From: Ptychomitrium polyphyllum | Lineage: Eukaryota | Direction: 5' to 3' | DNA: 64,000 nucleotides | Assembly: GCA_973851085.1 (NCBI GenBank) | Contig: OZ316776.1 | Location: forward strand, 8,928,001-8,992,000 | Part shown: one piece after another, positions 42,201-53,118 of the stretch | How positions within the stretch are numbered: position 1 is the stretch's first letter | Layout: each line of letters starts with the position of its first letter | Notes under the pieces: model-generated | Databases searched by the model: none | What the model saw: only the letters and a program-made list of their open reading frames with translations | Told to the model about the DNA's origin: nothing | Translations under genes and position numbers: made by a program

Positions 42201-43165
42201 CACCCCCTTCTAGAGCAGCCAAGCACTCCTTGTAAAGCTCATCCCTACAGCGAATGTCGTAGATCAATAAAAGAATCTGTTTTCAGATATGGTGAGTTTG
42301 AACTATATGCTCAACTTTCCTATGAGATGCGCTCTTTTCAAATCGATCACAAAATTCTCCGTAATTCATAACTCACATCTTCAATAAAAATTTTAGAAAT
42401 CGCAAAATTCCACATATTACATAACCTTCCCTCAAATCATGATATTTCAATGAAGCTTAAGGAGCAGCAAAACCGAAGCACAGGTTTCAAGTGCATCAAA
42501 TTGAAGCAACCATAGATGTCATAAGGTAGCGAATTAACACAATCGAAAATAGTGAATTATAATTATACAAGTCTATTTATAGACTGAACCAACAATTTAA
42601 TCTCTTTCCGAGAGCGTGGAAACGCAATAGGTTATTGAACAATCATACACAATTCAGCATGCGATTAGGCTTTCGAATCACACCTCAAAAACTTGGCTGA
42701 ATAGACCCCTGCGTGGCCATCGAAAATAGCAGCATACGAGAATCCGTGGGGGCTGTCGGCCTTCACCACTGTTTCATCTTCAAGTTCATCCCGAAGCCCT
42801 TGCACTACGAACTGGCCAACAGTGATGGCTCCCACAGCTGCAATCTCCTCCTGCTGCTGCACAGATCCAGAAGCCGCCAGGCTCCGCAGCTTTCGAGCGG
42901 GCCCAACTAGTCCAGCATCGAGCTGCGAAACTAAAGCCGAACTCCACGATGGCGAAGGGCTAGCCGCGGTCAGACCACCACTTGAAAACCTCCCGGTGTA
43001 TGAGACGCGATGCGACGTAGCTGAAGAAGATGAAACCGCAGAAGTGGAGCAAGCTAGACAGTCCTGTCGCATCCAGCAACCCTGTCGACTACTGTAGTCC
43101 ATCAACGTCGCCATCTCTGTCGGCGTACCTACACCCTCTACTCTCAAACTCAAGCTCATCATCAT
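39279..43165 (-). CDS. PPH1: Chloroplast PP2C phosphatase, PPH1/TAP38-like, 11 exons
   Basis: Exons 43165-42684, 42244-42116, 41534-41426, 41231-41121, 40995-40916, 40589-40536, 40431-40309, 40206-40152, 40048-40016, 39604-39558, 39324-39279. Ser-rich N-terminal extension; VQGLRDELED, FSYAAIFDGHAG, RDELYKEC, ESGSTATV, VSRAFGD, EFIILASDGLWD and QDNVSVIIVD match the PPH1/TAP38 pattern as I recall it. Orthologue versus paralogue is not resolved. Confidence 0.85.
41718..42074. mobile_element. 357-bp MITE, PIF/Harbinger (Tourist)-like, in intron 2 of the PP2C gene
   Basis: Perfect 17-bp TIRs GGGCCGCCTTACACCTT (41718-41734) and AAGGTGTAAGGCGGCCC (42058-42074), flanked by TGA on both sides (41715-41717, 42075-42077). 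No recognisable transposase coding. Confidence 0.85.
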
Positions 43166-43314
43166 CCTGCTCCTGCAATCCCCGCTTCACGCGACACCCG
43201 AGTCCACAAATCAAATCAACACCAAGTGTACTCCACCACTAGAGTACTCTCCCTCAAAGAAGCGCAACTGATCCCGACCTTCATGGGAATCGATACCAAC
43301 GCAGCATTCTGAGA

Positions 43315-43505
43315 TACTGTACTAGCACTAGTATGCTTCTGAGATTGCGATACTAGTGCTAGTACAGTACTAGTATCGCAATCTAGCGCATAGCTGCCCC
43401 TGGTGATGAGTCCATCACTACCGGAGACTGCATCGCCCAGCTCAGCCTGCACCAGTTTGTGTGCTTGGCGAGACCATGTGCAGTCTTATCGCAATCTCAG
43501 AAGCA
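43315..43505. repeat. Cluster of three overlapping perfect inverted repeats (20, 16 and 19 bp)
   Basis: 43315-43334 pairs with 43350-43369; 43342-43357 pairs with 43369-43384; 43334-43352 pairs with 43487-43505. Confidence 0.85.
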
Positions 43506-43510
43506 CGGGG

Positions 43511-43576
43511 AAAGGTAAAAGGAAAGATAAGAGGAAAGGTAAAGGTAAAGATAAGGATAAAGATAAAGATAAAGGT
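43511..43576. repeat. Degenerate AAAG(A/G)T hexamer array containing several GATAA motifs
   Basis: AAAGGTAAAAGGAAAGATAAGAGGAAAGGTAAAGGTAAAGATAAGGATAAAGATAAAGATAAAGGT. Confidence 0.8.
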
Positions 43577-45548
43577 GCTACATCTCACCGTTTTGTAGGC
43601 CCTGTACTACATGTGCGCCTATGTCGGGGGCATTCATTGGTTAACCCAATTGTAAGGTTAATCCAAGTCATTCCAGAGAAGAGTCACCCACCCCACATAT
43701 GGCATTGTAAGTGTGGGGAGAATGATAATGTATAGCTGGCAAACTGTCACCAAGACCACCCTTATGTTAAATGCAAGAGTGGCCCATTTTGTTGGGTTGC
43801 TTTTTATGGAGTATTACGTGTTTTTTTTTTTATAGTTTATTACTAAGATTGGGGTTTGTGGCCTTATATTATGTATAGAAGATTCATTGTGACAATTGAA
43901 ACTATTGATGGGGGGTTTTATTTTTTAGAAGGTGTGCCCATTCTGCTATAGAATAGCTGGCAAGTTTTGTCCGCACTTTCTTTTTATGTTTAAGACATGG
44001 GTGATTTTTGCCATCAAAGAAGAGATTCTTCACAAAGCTTGACTTCTTCTAATAAGAGAATTAATAAAGTAAGGGGTACTAAGTTCATGTGAAAGCCAAT
44101 CTTGCAATTCATGAAATAATATTGAAGTTCCTTGCAAGTTCTTCCAACACCATAGTACATTAAATATGTGTACTGGAACCTCATTTGATTGTTTAGGATT
44201 CTTCCAAACTAATGTTACCAAACTTAAGAAATTTTCTAAACATAGTGTTGCAACTCCCTCCGCTAGATCCAAGGAACAATTTACTCAAAGGAATGAGATC
44301 CATAGTGCTTGCAACTTTGACATGGAATATTTCATATTGAGAGTGAATTGATAGAGAGTTCAAGTACCTCAAAAAGGTGCAGCTTGTGGTTTAGACTTCA
44401 AAAACCAATTGCAGAAGATAAATCAGTTTTTCAGAATACAACCTAGAAATGGAAATTTTAGTTCGTTGTATAACTTGGCACAGGAAGACGTGCATACTGT
44501 TTGAAAGTCTTTGCTTAAAGTCCATGGCTTGAGGACTGGACGTCAAGAACTGATTGTGGAAGAGAAAATCAGTTCTGTTAAAGAAACTCTGAAGAGAATT
44601 TATATCGTTATTCAAGGAGAATGGATATTCAACCTGTTTCACAATTGCACACAGCGTTCTGGATTGTGATCGTTACTACAGTTGCTGCATTATTAAAGAT
44701 TTTCGATTCCATCTTGAGGTTTCTGAAACTTTCAAAGCCAGCGGGTCATCTATACCAGTGTTACGTAACTTCAAATGTTCATGTTGTTTGTATTTACCGG
44801 TATTTTTCATTCAATGCATATTCCATCTAGCTAGCCAAATTGGTCAGGTTACAGCAGAGTTCTGTTCAGAAGACCTTGAAAAGCGTAGAAATGGGTCAAT
44901 ACAAGAGATTTCTATTTGTAGAATCGGTGTATCAAGTCGCTTCACTCAATCTAATATGGTTGATGTTATGTAATAGATCACATTCACAAGATCGGACCTT
45001 GCCAACATCTATTTTGAGTGGCAATCAATGTAAAACCTACACGCTAAGAACGATATTCGTGAGCTTTAGAGTGGGCATATAATCAGAGCAGGATATGGTT
45101 CATCGGAATGAATACAAGAGTGACAATGAACGAGTGTTTGACGCTACTAAACCCCTCACATTTTTCACCTGCATTGATGAGTGAGACCTTGCGTTTGTAG
45201 GAAGAGTGTGTTCACAGCACGCTGTGTGCAACACAGTGAACGTCACGTCATCATCACCAACCCTTCTAAGTCCTGAGGTTACAAGGCATTTCAGACTCTT
45301 GAGATTAACTTTGAAAATTGTTCCACGAGGTCTTCGTGCCGCTAACATTACAACTCCAAATAGTGGAGAAATTAATTTACAGAACTTTATCACAATCCGT
45401 CTAAAGGGCTACTCTTTCTATCAACAAGAAACTTGATTTGACTCTTTCGTTTCTCGAACAATGCTGCCACTACATGGTCACAAGAATTGTAACTCTATCA
45501 ACAACTTCCCCAATTCCACGTCAGGCAAAGGACAAGCAGAAAACTTTG

Positions 45549-46787
45549 TCAATGGCGAATCGATGCCTGCATAACCATAGCAAACTTGTCTAGAGCATCC
45601 CCAATCCGGTTCAAAGCAGTAATGTAGCCACTGCCCAGCTGCTTTTGCAGCTCGATGAGATCTCTATGCTTCTCTCGTTCAAATTGCAAGGTCTGCTTAT
45701 GCCTGTTGTCCTTCCTATCTTCGGCCAGCCTCAGGACCTCCACAATACTCCTGTTATTTCGTTCTAATACCGTAGCAATGCCATCCATTGTACCAAGTTT
45801 TGGAGGTGCCAGGCGCCTCCGCTTCCCTGTAGAAATTGGGCCCACGTCATTCTCGTCGCTCTCCTCTCCCACAGACCCAGAGAAGTCCATGTTGCTTGCT
45901 GTTTACCACAAATTGACGTCTTAGTACTATAGGAAGAGCATCGCTGTCATAATAAACTAGAAAATATCTCAAAACAAACTGTTTGTTTAATGCTTGGAAT
46001 GCAGGATAAGATTGCTGGGATGGCCAATGTGTAATGACCCCACGGCGAGAGGGCACAGGAAGACCACACAGAAAGGAAAGAATCTCACCTGATCCTCTCA
46101 AGGGATTCAATGCGTCAAAAGGAACACCCGGTTCTCCAGTGCGGCTCTTGACATACCACTCTTGGAGAGCGGCAAACACCTCCTTGTGGAAATTGGGAGG
46201 CAAACGCAGCTTCTTTTTATCGTCGCTGCCCAACTGCCAGTAGGACGGCTGTCCGATGGTGAGGTTCTTCTCGTAATCATTGACCTTCTTGAAACCTGCA
46301 GTGATACCCTCCCACTTGTCCTGGCATTGCCCCGCACTGCGCTGCACTCCTTGCATCCAGCATCGGTCCTCCATCCATTTCCACCTCTCATGAGCTGACC
46401 TGTTATGCTCTCTCTCCACTTCAGAGCTTTCACGCCACATTCCATTCTCAAGTCTGAGGCGTGCAAAACTCAGATCAAAATACAAAAAATGAAAGAAACA
46501 ACTTGCGACTCACAGGACACGGGGGCTGATGGCATCAGTAACCAGCTGACTGAGTACCTGTGCTTCTCCCGGCTGCTGCCCTTGGCCTGCCGATCAAAGT
46601 CCTCACGCCTCACCGCCTGCAGTACCAGAAGCTCCGACACCGTCCACATGCCCTTCTTATAATGCCGGATGCCATCATCGCCTTGCAGCTCATCCGCCAA
46701 AGCCTCTCCCACAATTATTGCATCCTTATTATCTAAAACGCTCGGCAAACTCTCGTCATGACTCGCCATTCCCACCACCGACAACAT
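45549..46787 (-). CDS. Trihelix (Myb/SANT-like) transcription factor, SH4/ASR3-like clade, 3 exons
   Basis: Exons 46787-46558, 46453-46089 and 45898-45549 (alternative ATG at 46769). YKKGMWTVSELLVL...RWKWMEDRCW..GVQRSAGQCQDKWE, SYWQL....KKLRLP, basic KRRR and a C-terminal coiled-coil-like segment. Confidence 0.88.
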
Positions 46788-46807
46788 AGGTCCAATCCTC
46801 TATGAAC

Positions 46808-46809
<2 letters not shown>

Positions 46810-46847
<38 letters not shown>
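46810..46847. repeat. (CA)19 microsatellite just upstream of the trihelix start codon
   Basis: Uninterrupted CA repeat at 46810-46847. Confidence 0.95.
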
Positions 46848-46848
<1 letters not shown>

Positions 46849-47240
46849 CCAGGCCCAAGCAAACCAAACAAAAAAAAAAATTTAACAAAATTTAAAAACA
46901 AAAAACCAATCAACCCAATAATTTTTATGAAAAGAAAAACAGAAAAGAAAGACCCCAATCCGCTTAACACCTGCTCACAACCTAAGTGACCATCAGAATC
47001 CACCCCTCACAATCCCACACTCCACCACCTCCACCACCCCAAAATGCACCACCAAAAACACACCCAGTAAGGAAAACCCACTCAACCCCAATTCAAGACT
47101 AATCAATCCAAAACCAACAGCTTTCCAAAGCAAGACTAACCGCTCTCCTCCGCTTCATCGGTTGCTGTACAGCACTGACACTGTGGTCCTATTCCCAAGA
47201 CATGACAAAACCAGCACCTTTCCATGAAAGACAACACTAC

Positions 47241-47267
47241 ACACAACACAACACAACACAACACAAC
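47241..47267. repeat. (ACACA)5 pentanucleotide repeat
   Basis: ACACAACACAACACAACACAACACAAC. Confidence 0.8.
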
Positions 47268-48912
47268 GCAGACACAGAGCCAAAGCAATCAGAACGTGCA
47301 AACCCTAATTGCAGAAGACGAGAGACAGCGAGGAACCTATCTAGAGCGCGGTTTGGATCGGCAAGATGGGGTTTGAATCATCAGCAACGACAGACCACCA
47401 TTCGGGGTCTGTATGTACGCAAAAGAGGTGAGTTTTGAGTTCGTGAGAGCGGGGCCTGCTGTGCTGCTGCAATGGAACTCCCTCCAAGGAAGAGCACACC
47501 ATCCGGGGTCGGGTCGGGTCAGCCCTGCGAAACGTCGGTTCTGCAACTCACTTCGGTTCCCTTGCTTGCCCTCACGCCTCTGGGTTGGGCGGGACGACCA
47601 TCGTTTTCTCCCGTCTTCCACCCCCAGCGTACATCCCCCACTCCCTCATCTACGCACTGCGTAGATAACCTCTCGTTTGCGTACAGTGCCGGCTTTTCTG
47701 TATCACGTCAAAGGAATGCGTACTGGAAACAGTCAGCGACACCGTCTTCGGTAAATCAATAGAAGTCAGAGATTCTATCGAGTTCGTCATCGCACCTGAA
47801 ACCGTCAGTGACGGTTGTTGTTGTTCCTATGAGGAGGAGGAAGTGTACGCCTCTGGTAGATGAGAGTGGTATTGGGCCGCTTGACGGTTTTGGGTAAGCA
47901 TCCTTTCACAAGCATACGTAAAAGCAGACACTGCACGCAAGCGTGACGGTATCTATGCCTTTTGTAGATGTTTAAGAGTTGTATGCAGCGGTAGAAGATG
48001 TCTGTTTCCCGTGTCATGGTCAAAGGTTGGAAATTTGTGTTGTTTTTTCCGTAATGAATCAAAGTTGATTGTTTACGATGTTCACGAGGTAGGACCGTTG
48101 GATACCTTTTTCTACGTTGCGGCTTGTCGTGCTGCATGTATATTCACAGATATAATTACTACTGGTGAGTATGATTCTTAGAGGGCATTAATCATAAGAA
48201 TACATACAGGTACCTAGCAATGTTGAGAAGAAGCTTGGACTATCCAAGTGGTGATTAAGCATACTGGATGAGAGTGGATGAGTAATTTAAGATGTATATG
48301 TTGAAAAACATGTTCCAATTAAGTAATTCCAATCATAGATACAAATGACATGAAAAAAGAAGTCATATCATTGTTGAAGTTTTTGTTAGAAAAAGAGTTG
48401 AATTTACAAATAACTTTAGTAGCATGAGGCTTTAAGAATTCAAGCTATAGATGTGGTGTTTGTTCATGGATTAGAAATGAATATTGCATTAAAATTTGTA
48501 TATGGTCTATTTTTTCATAACATAGTTCTTTCTATTGACTTTTAACCCTTATTTTTAGACGCTATTAATTTGTAATAGTCCATATTATTTTTTAGATGAA
48601 ATCTACTTTTAGTTTCTTAAATCTACAAAAATATATACTTTTGTTTATTAAAATTAGAAGTATTGAAAGTAATAATAAATAATATATAAATATATATAAT
48701 ACTAAAAAACAACTTTTGTTTTTTGTTATTTTTGAAACAATTAAACTTTTTCCATAAGTTTATATTTAGATAGATAGACTTGTCCAAAAACATTTAAATC
48801 CAAGAACTTTGTATGGTATACAATAATATAAACATCTTCCAAAGCCTCTTCTTATATTTTATATATTTTATAAAAAGATCAATACCCTTTTATTATTTAA
48901 GTATCTTTTTTA

Positions 48913-49278
48913 ATGGCATGTCCATGCTTTTGTAGAGAGGTGAATATCATTGTCAAAAAAGTTTCTAAGATTTTTAATCAAGTCAAAGATTCTAATGACA
49001 TTCTTTGGAGGGACAAAGATCTTATTATAATTGCATGCATACATATTGTTTGTACACAAGAAAACAATGCTCACATGTTGAAAGAAAATATGAATATTGC
49101 AAACGGGGCTATTATTGGAATACATTTGACAAAAGTACAAAAACACAGTAAAGCATTTATTTTAGATCTAGAAAAGCATATGGGCGTTTCAAGTACCATC
49201 GATGCAATTTATCATGAATTAGCACGTGGCAAATTCAAAGTTCAAAAACCCAATAGCTCCTGTATCATAAGAATATAG
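48913..49278 (+). pseudogene. Decayed TFIIB-like cyclin-fold fragment
   Basis: ORF text IVKKVSKIFNQVKDSNDILWRDKDLIIIACIHIVCTQENNAHMLKENMNIANGA aligns by eye with plant TFIIB repeat 1 (IKDRANEIYK.VED.....GRNQDA..AACLYIACRQED.PRT.KEI...ANGA). No zinc ribbon, key residues lost, AT-rich. Confidence 0.65.
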
Positions 49279-50063
49279 CATGATTAGTTCTATTTTTGGA
49301 GGAAGTTATTTGTGAGGTATGATGTTTTTACTAATAACAGAATATTTGATCAAGATTTATCAAGCCAGCCAACATAAGTCACAGATTACGTCTTCATCCA
49401 AATTCCAATCTACAGCAAGGGTGTATGCCATATTGCTGAACCACTAAACATTAATACAGATGAACGTAGAATTAAACTTTCATATTGTACAACAATCCAT
49501 ATAAATCTAGATTCATACGAAGTTATGATTGACACTTAATTTTGAAATTTTACATTGAAACGTTATTTTATTTTAGGCAGGTTATGATGCTTTGTTCTTC
49601 CAAATCAGTAGGAATAGAAATTAGACATGATTCACTGATTCCACCCTCAGGGAATGGTGTTCAGTACTGTAAAGTCAATCTAATATTACAATGCGTTTGC
49701 AAGCAAATGCTTAGGAGGTGCACAGGATAATCACCAATGGAGCCTTTATTCTACAAATACCATACTTTGATGCATATCCATTCTGTATCCAAGCTTTGAC
49801 GTTCCACATACATCTTACCTCGTTTGGGTAATCGTTATTCCCGAGTTTCCATGTGCAACAATGTACCACTCAAATGCTGCAACGGCATGGAGTCCGGCCT
49901 GAACAAGTCCGAGTGAACTTAGTACTTTCTATTTGTCGTGAGAAAGGCCGGAATTTTCCAATTCGCAGACCCTTTCTAGGCACTCATTTTCCTCAGTGTG
50001 CTAAACTTCTTTCCAACCAGTAGGGAGTGAAGTGCGGTCACAGCTCAAAACTCCACTGACAAT

Positions 50064-52685
50064 CTATAATGCATCACGCTCAGTACTCTGTTGGGCATCC
50101 TTGGAGAGGCGATCCAAATATCGACTCCATGCTAGCATAGCTGATCCAAGCGCCGGTTCCAGCTGAAATCACAAAAGATCCTTGTAAGCCACCGGCTAAT
50201 AAATATAAAACACTACTTTTAACATTACTATCAATGAAATCCCTATACAATCTCTACACATGTTCCGTTTGTAAGTTCTCACCCTAGGTATAATTGGTTG
50301 AGCTCCAGGAAACATCTCTAGTACTTTTTTGACAAGGGGCTTACGAATACCCCATCCATTTTCATAGTCTAACACACCACCGACCATCACAAAGGGAAAC
50401 GGCTTTCTTCCATCTGCACAGAGCATACAATAGAAAAAGACGTCTTTAACTACATGATAGCAATGCATAATAAAACATAATTTCTTGTAAATGACTTTAG
50501 AAAGAAGAATTTACGATACTGCATAGTAGATCAATGTTGTTTCTAAAGGTGCAAATTCTTGAAGCATCACACAATTGAGAACTGCATCAATCAGGCGGAT
50601 GAAATTAGAATACACAATCAGTTTCCTTCTCAGTACAGGACTTTAACACTGTTTGCGGGAAACGGTGTACTATGATGACCCATGCCCTAAAAACTGTCAC
50701 ATGTCAGTTGCAGGCTTTACAGGGTACACTACAGAAACCCTGACTTATCAACAGACATTGTCCAGTAGCAAAACAAAGAAATAAAAGAACCGACTGCATA
50801 ACTTCAAAAGGATTAAAAAAACACGTATAGCTAAAGTGTGGAAGCACTTAAAAAAAATTCCACCCACTTCACATCATGTGACCCTTACATCCAGGCACGT
50901 TGACAAATTACAGCAGCGCATTCACAGAGAATCCAACATGTAAACAGTCAAGTAATATCACCTGTGCCATGGAGATTTAGAGACCTGACAACAGCTTGTA
51001 CACTGCAGGCCAATTCCGAAACAGCACTATCAAGCAGTTCTGTAGCCACGCAATCACCATCTTGAGCACAAGCCTTCACCACTGGTACCAGAGCAGACAC
51101 ACGCGCCCAGGAAGTATCCTTGTAGACCCAGCTAGACCAAGAGCAGTAAAACCACTCAGATAACAGTAATTTCCTGATGAACGAAGGGAAATGATAAACC
51201 GAGTGTGAAATGATTTGTGAAGTAGACCTCATGAACAACTTCAATGCATAAAGTGGTTACCCAATCAAATCTTCAGCTGTAGATAAGTTCAATTTCTTCA
51301 GAATAGCCCCCGTAAGGGATGTCTTAGGACCCCGCCCATCGTCTGCCCTCATCACTGCTGCAAGAGCCTGCGATGCAATTGCATAACCACTAGGCAAAAA
51401 ACGCCAGTAAATTTGCGAGTATCAAGAAACTTGCACGCTCACGATTCAAGAAACTTGTCAAGTCCAGGCTGCCCTCATCAAATAAAAGATTCAAGAAGCT
51501 CGTATTATGACAATGTGCCACTATATTCTCCACTATATTCCACTATGTGGGTGATATAAGTGATAGTACGTGGTGAAATGAGCATGCTACATATCTCACA
51601 CAAATAAAGTTCAAGTCAACCTGCCCTGATCTCCAAGCAGAGGTCCCCCTCCTGATGCTCGTGCAAACTTGCCGTCTTCATTGAATCCTATAGCTATGGT
51701 TCCCGTTCCGGCAACCAGAACGCAGCCATAAAGCCTCCCAGCGCTTCCACTAGCGAGGGCTGCGACAGCATCATTCTGTACAAATATCTCTACATCTTCT
51801 GGAAATATTCTTCTGTCAAAGTTCAGTATGCTCAAGAATTAGAAAAGAAAAGGAAAGAAAGAGTTAAGGTTCAAAAATCATCCACAATAAGCTTCTCACA
51901 TGTGCTAAAGAGATACAATTCTTGGCTCCGAACGCCAATATGAAGGTTTAGGGCTTCACCTAATCCACATCTGATAAGAATCAATGTCTGACTGGCGATC
52001 GACTCCAGCAGCAGCCAGGCACACCGACAAAACAGCGGATCGAGGTACACGAGCCTTTCTCAACGCCCCAGCTATCGATTCCTCAATAGCGTGCCTTGCA
52101 GCCTCCACTGATAACAGAAGCCTCCGTAAGAAGCAAGCTATCAAATGTCTACAATCTCACTAACGACTCCTGACAGATCACTTCAAAGATGCTCTCCATG
52201 CGATAACCTAAAAAGCAATACACCTATCACCTCACATCCTGATCACTCACCATACAAACTCAACTTCCATTAAGACAAAATAAAATGTAGGTCATGCCCA
52301 ACGGCTCCCGAGAAAGGCCTTGAACATGGATGCATCGAATATCCACCTCAGGAGTACTAAGAGGCTTCCACAATCACATCGCAACATGATCCCATGCAGA
52401 AAGAGGAACGTCCACAAGAAGAGAAAGAAAACACCTACCGCCAACGCTGTTGTAATTCGAGCATCCAGTCTCAACTCGAGACAGACACTGCAAACCACCT
52501 CCATCGCCATCGCCACCGCCACCGCCACCGCCACCCCTGGGCAGAGGCGCCGCAACGCACGCACACACAGTGCACGTTCCACCTCCATCCACGCCCAACA
52601 CCACCTTGTGCTCTGCATTCCCGTCAAGCTGCCTCTCGAACGCCCACAGCTGATCGCTGTCTTCCACTACGGCAGAGCACGGCAT
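50064..52685 (-). CDS. N-acetyl-D-glucosamine kinase-like protein (BadF/BadG/BcrA/BcrD ATPase family), 7 exons
   Basis: Exons 52685-52439, 52107-51960, 51812-51621, 51389-51261, 51131-50962, 50413-50283, 50162-50064 (TAG). Motifs VLGVDGGGT, GCSNYNSVG, QNDAVAALASG, VAGTGTIA, LGDQGSGY and VMVGGVL. The start codon is the first in-frame ATG and is less certain. Confidence 0.9.
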
Positions 52686-52994
52686 AGCTCCAGAATGTGC
52701 AAACCCTGATTGCGATCTGCCAGCGCCACATCTCTGTCCCTCAACACATCCTCTGCACTCCCTGCCCCACAACTCTCCCGCTGTGGCGCTCAAGCCTTGC
52801 CAAGTCGCCCAGGTCAAGTCTCCCCTCGGCTGGCTTGCATACTCGACGACTTGAAGGCTTTGGCTGTCTTTGTCTTGGCGTGGGATTCTTCATGGGGGTC
52901 TGGAGTCCTTTCACTTCACCGACTCAGTGCATCCTCATGACTGCAGGATGCGTCCTTTCTGGATTCTAGTTGAACCCACGCTGGGATTCTTTCT

Positions 52995-53118
52995 ATTTCC
53001 ACTTTTCTTTTTCTTAGTTTCTTTTCCTTCTATTTCTTTCTTCAATCTCTTCGTTTTCTTCATTTTCTCCTTTTCCTTTTCCTTTTTTCCTTTTTTTTTT
53101 TTTTTTTTTCCTTTTTTT
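52995..53118. repeat. Polypyrimidine/poly-T low-complexity tract
   Basis: Almost only T and C, including a T run at 53091-53109. Confidence 0.8.

Noticed and set aside
44030..45082. Several short ORFs between the PP2C and trihelix genes
   Set aside because: No recognisable domain or consistent splice pattern; a decayed gene cannot be excluded without a search.
48440..48480. AIDVVFVHGL, resembling an alpha/beta-hydrolase strand motif
   Set aside because: A single short motif in AT-rich DNA with no supporting downstream motifs.
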